From Azolla caroliniana (taxonomy: Eukaryota > Plantae > Polypodiophyta): 64,000 bases of DNA. The position numbers were made by a program, and so were the translations under genes. Positions 60,801-64,000 of the stretch are shown here, piece by piece; positions within the stretch are counted from its first letter, which is position 1; each line of letters opens with the position of its first letter. A model generated the notes under the pieces. The model worked only from the letters and a program-made list of their open reading frames with translations, did no database searches and was not told the DNA's origin. The stretch spans positions 9,858,001 to 9,922,000 of the forward strand of contig JBHGNT010000013.1 of assembly GCA_043228905.1 (NCBI GenBank), written 5' to 3'.

Positions 60801-62400
60801 CAAGGGAGTTTCCTTAAGGATATCTTATGAGCTTGGGCAAAATTCTTATCCATGAAGCAAGAATTAGCTCCGGAATCTAGGAGTGCTAAGACATGTACTG
60901 AAGGAGTACTTTTAGTACTAATAGTTACTTGAGATAGGAAGACATTGGTAACTTGCTTAGAGGGTATGGAACCACTAATGGGTTGCACAGATCTAGGGTT
61001 GTCCAACCAAACGACTCCTATTTTGGCTGGACTTAGTCGTTTAACTATTCTCCCAGTTGACTAAGGACTTCAACTTTGTTTGATAGGCTTGGGATATTAG
61101 AACTATCAGACAATGCTAATGAAATAGACTCGGGCTTAATACTATTAGAACTAGCGGCTATTTGATTTACCTGTCTTCTTGGCCTATGGGGACAGTTTAC
61201 TGCAATATGCCCCAGTCCACCACAATAAAGACATAGTCGATTTGCTCGGCATCGCTACTTTTGCTCTTCTGATAACGGTTCGCAACGACGTGTAGTGTCG
61301 ATTTCCATCGGGGTTGAAGTATTTGCTGGAGATGCATTATATGACTCCCTTGCAAATGGTTTTGCTATGACTGAGGCATATGTGGGCTCCGACCTTATTC
61401 TTGGCATTTGTAATTGATGTTCCGAACTTCATTCGAAAAGTTTGTTATCGCAACACACCGCACCGCTCAACTGATTGCCTTTGTGAGCGACTTTGGTTCT
61501 TCGGGAAAAGTCTGGAGTAAATCTTTGACATCATTTCGAAGGTCATATCAAAATTGCTCCGTCAATGCTAGATCATCCCAGGGGATATCGGCGGCGAGTA
61601 GACGGAAATCCGCAGCATAGGTTGAGGCTGGATGATCACCTTGACGCAATCTTCGGATTTTATTGATTATCATCCTAACACTATCGGTGTCTCCGAAACA
61701 TGCTTTAAACTCGCTAATAAATTCCTCAAATTTATTTAACAATGGAGATCTTTGTTCTAATAAAGGTGCGAACCATGCCAAAGTTGAGCCACTAAGCAAC
61801 GTGCGTACTAATCCCACTCGTGATGAATCGGTGGGATATCAAGAAGGATGTATTTTAACTATGAGACGCACCTAATTAAGGAATTCTCTTATTTGCGATC
61901 GCGTTCCGTCGAATTTTGTAGGAAGACCGATCTTGGGTTCCTTATGAATTCCTTGAGTACTTGGTCCATGTTGTTGCAAGCACACCATGGTTGCCTCAAG
62001 CTGGTGTACATGTAACGCCAACTCTCTGTGTTGTTGTTGCGTTTGTTGCGTTTGTTGCTTCTCTAAAGAAATTTGTTGAAGATCCCCCAACAATCGTTGA
62101 TTTTCTTGTTCTAGTGCTACGAACTTTTCTTTCAAGCACTCCAGCTCTGAGAGGATAGATTAGTATTCTTGAGCGCTAACAATTGCCATAGTATTGGAGG
62201 AAGGAAGGATAAGAAGATTTGTATGAAGAGAATGAGGGATACGAAGATGAGAACGAAGCAATTTGGTTCAAACTATCAGGAATAGTACTAAGATAGAGAG
62301 GGAATTAGTACTAAAGCCGAGGATTAGTATTGAGATGAAAGAGGGTGTAGAATTCTCGAGAGAAGGAGAGGGAGGGAGGGAGGGAGAGATAGATAGATAG
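57880..62400 (-). mobile_element. Chromovirus C (close relative of A), degenerate and 3'-truncated
   Basis: gag from 62189; slippery site at 61039-61045 with stem-loop; LLDSGA, YLDD, RH and IN fragments; self-PBS TTGAACCAAAT at 62261-62271; LTR end TGATA at 62274. Confidence 0.9.
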
Positions 62401-62402
62401 AT

Positions 62403-64000
62403 TATATTATCATCTTCGGAGGTCAAATATGACCTATGAGACCAAAAATATTACATTTCACGTGTGTGAAAGTGAGTAGTGACTCTCAATGTTCAAGAAC
62501 TTTACCAATGAATGTTGCAATCGAGAGTGCACATTATGGTTGTGAGAGGAATTCATGCAAAGATTGGGCTCAATCGAAGAGATGTGGAAAGCATGGTCAA
62601 ATATGATCAAAGGCAGAGCATTGTATCAAAGTGTGATACTCAAACTCGCGAACTTGTTTAGGGCAAAGTGTGCATAGCCGACCACTCTCATCACTTGTAC
62701 CCCAACGCCATGTTTCACATCACAATGCATGTGAGCTAAGTCGCATGGAAGCAATGGTTCGAATGGAAGATAACGGTATGGGCTCTAACATGTATGGATG
62801 TGTACGATTTCCCCGTTCCGCAAAGAATATGGTTTTGTAGTTAGGTGCAACATGTGTAGTATAATGTGTCAAGCGTGAGCCTCCACATTTGTCCCATGTC
62901 ATGATACATTGGTGTTGCAAAAATGACTCATTTACAGAGGAATCTAATGATGCATCATGAAGCAAGTGTCTCGCATCCCATCTACCAAACCATTTTTCTA
63001 TATCTTGCATCCAACCGGAACACAAAATTTTGCTTTTATGCGTCTTTTGGATCTTTTTGCTTGCTTCCCACACAATTCTAGGAAGTCGATGTGAGGGACT
63101 TTTTTGAACCTTAAGCATGTATTCAACAACCCTTTCCATGGCCATGATCTCAATAGGAAGCGATCCCGTCTCAAGGAGGAGGAGGGTGTAGGGCGTTTGT
63201 TTCTTAACTTGTAGAAACTTGGTAAGAAAATGCTTTTGGACATTTTCAAACTCTTTCCACATGGATTTAGGGATGCTACCGCCCCATACTTCCACCCCAT
63301 AGAGAAGAACCGGTGTCACCAAAGTGTCGAAAAGATATTTCTTGAGGACCCAACACTTAATATCTCCAAGATTGCATGTGTTCTCAAATGCATGGTATGC
63401 TCGTTTGCCCGCCTCTAAGCGGCGTGTAGCACATTCATTCCATCTATGATTTGAAGGAACTTCAAGGCCAAGATATTTGAAGATTTCCACACATTCAAGT
63501 GGCTCATTGTTGTACATAATGCATGGTTTATCTCTTTTTTGGCTCTTCACAAGAATAATCTTTGTTTTAGAGCTATTGACACTTAATTTAGTATGCATGC
63601 AAAATTTTTCCAATGCCTTCATAAGCTTTTGTGCATCTCCTAAAGTATTTGCAAAAAGCACTACATCATCTGCATATAGCAAAAGCATAATCACAACATT
63701 CCCAATGGCAACTTCTTCAACACATTCTTCCTTTGCAAACTTGGTAACCATTTCTTCCAATTCATCAATGCATAGACCAAATAGTGTTGGTGAGAGTGGG
63801 CATCCTTGCTTAACACCAATAGTGCTTTTGAAAAAATCTGAAAGTTTATCTCTCATGCGCACACAACATATAACCTTCTCATAAATTCGGGAAATTGCAA
63901 GCATATATTCACTTGGCACCTCAAGTTCTTCCATTCGCCTCCAAAGATGCTCACGAGGTACCATATCAAAAGCTTTCTTGAAGTCTACAAAGCAACAATA
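62403..64000 (-). mobile_element. Non-LTR retrotransposon (LINE) 3' part, RTEX/L2-like, inserted in the LTR of chromovirus C
   Basis: ORF 62720-63964: GVKQGCPLSPTLFGL, LLYADD, FKYLG, PVLLYGVEVWG. Past a TGA the frame continues RLCTLC...EYH.L.QC; simple-repeat tail near 62390-62410. Confidence 0.9.

Overview
Eukaryotic land-plant genomic DNA (probably a non-seed plant such as a fern or lycophyte, inferred from the TE families; not provable here). Most of the window is nested transposons around a ~6 kb gene island. The island holds an 8-exon chloroplast CBS-domain gene (CBSX1/2-like, 28372-31183 +) and an intronless matrix metalloproteinase (32171-33502 -). TEs: three Ty3/Gypsy chromoviruses (Tcn1/Tf1-sushi-like; the 11254-17185 copy looks intact) plus a remnant of a fourth, about eight Ty1/Copia copies or fragments, two non-chromovirus Gypsy relics, two hAT non-autonomous elements with 8-bp TSDs, a foldback MITE and an RTEX/L2-like LINE. 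The main signal is a shared cis-acting toolkit in the chromoviruses. (i) U3 starts with an antisense tRNA-like A-box/B-box module with tRNA spacing. (ii) Heat-shock-element arrays lie before the TATA box. (iii) An 11-nt tRNA-independent self-priming PBS shows a compensatory base change between families. (iv) A G_UUA_AAC slippery site plus predicted H-type pseudoknot joins gag and pol. All coordinates and alignments were read by eye; no searches were run.
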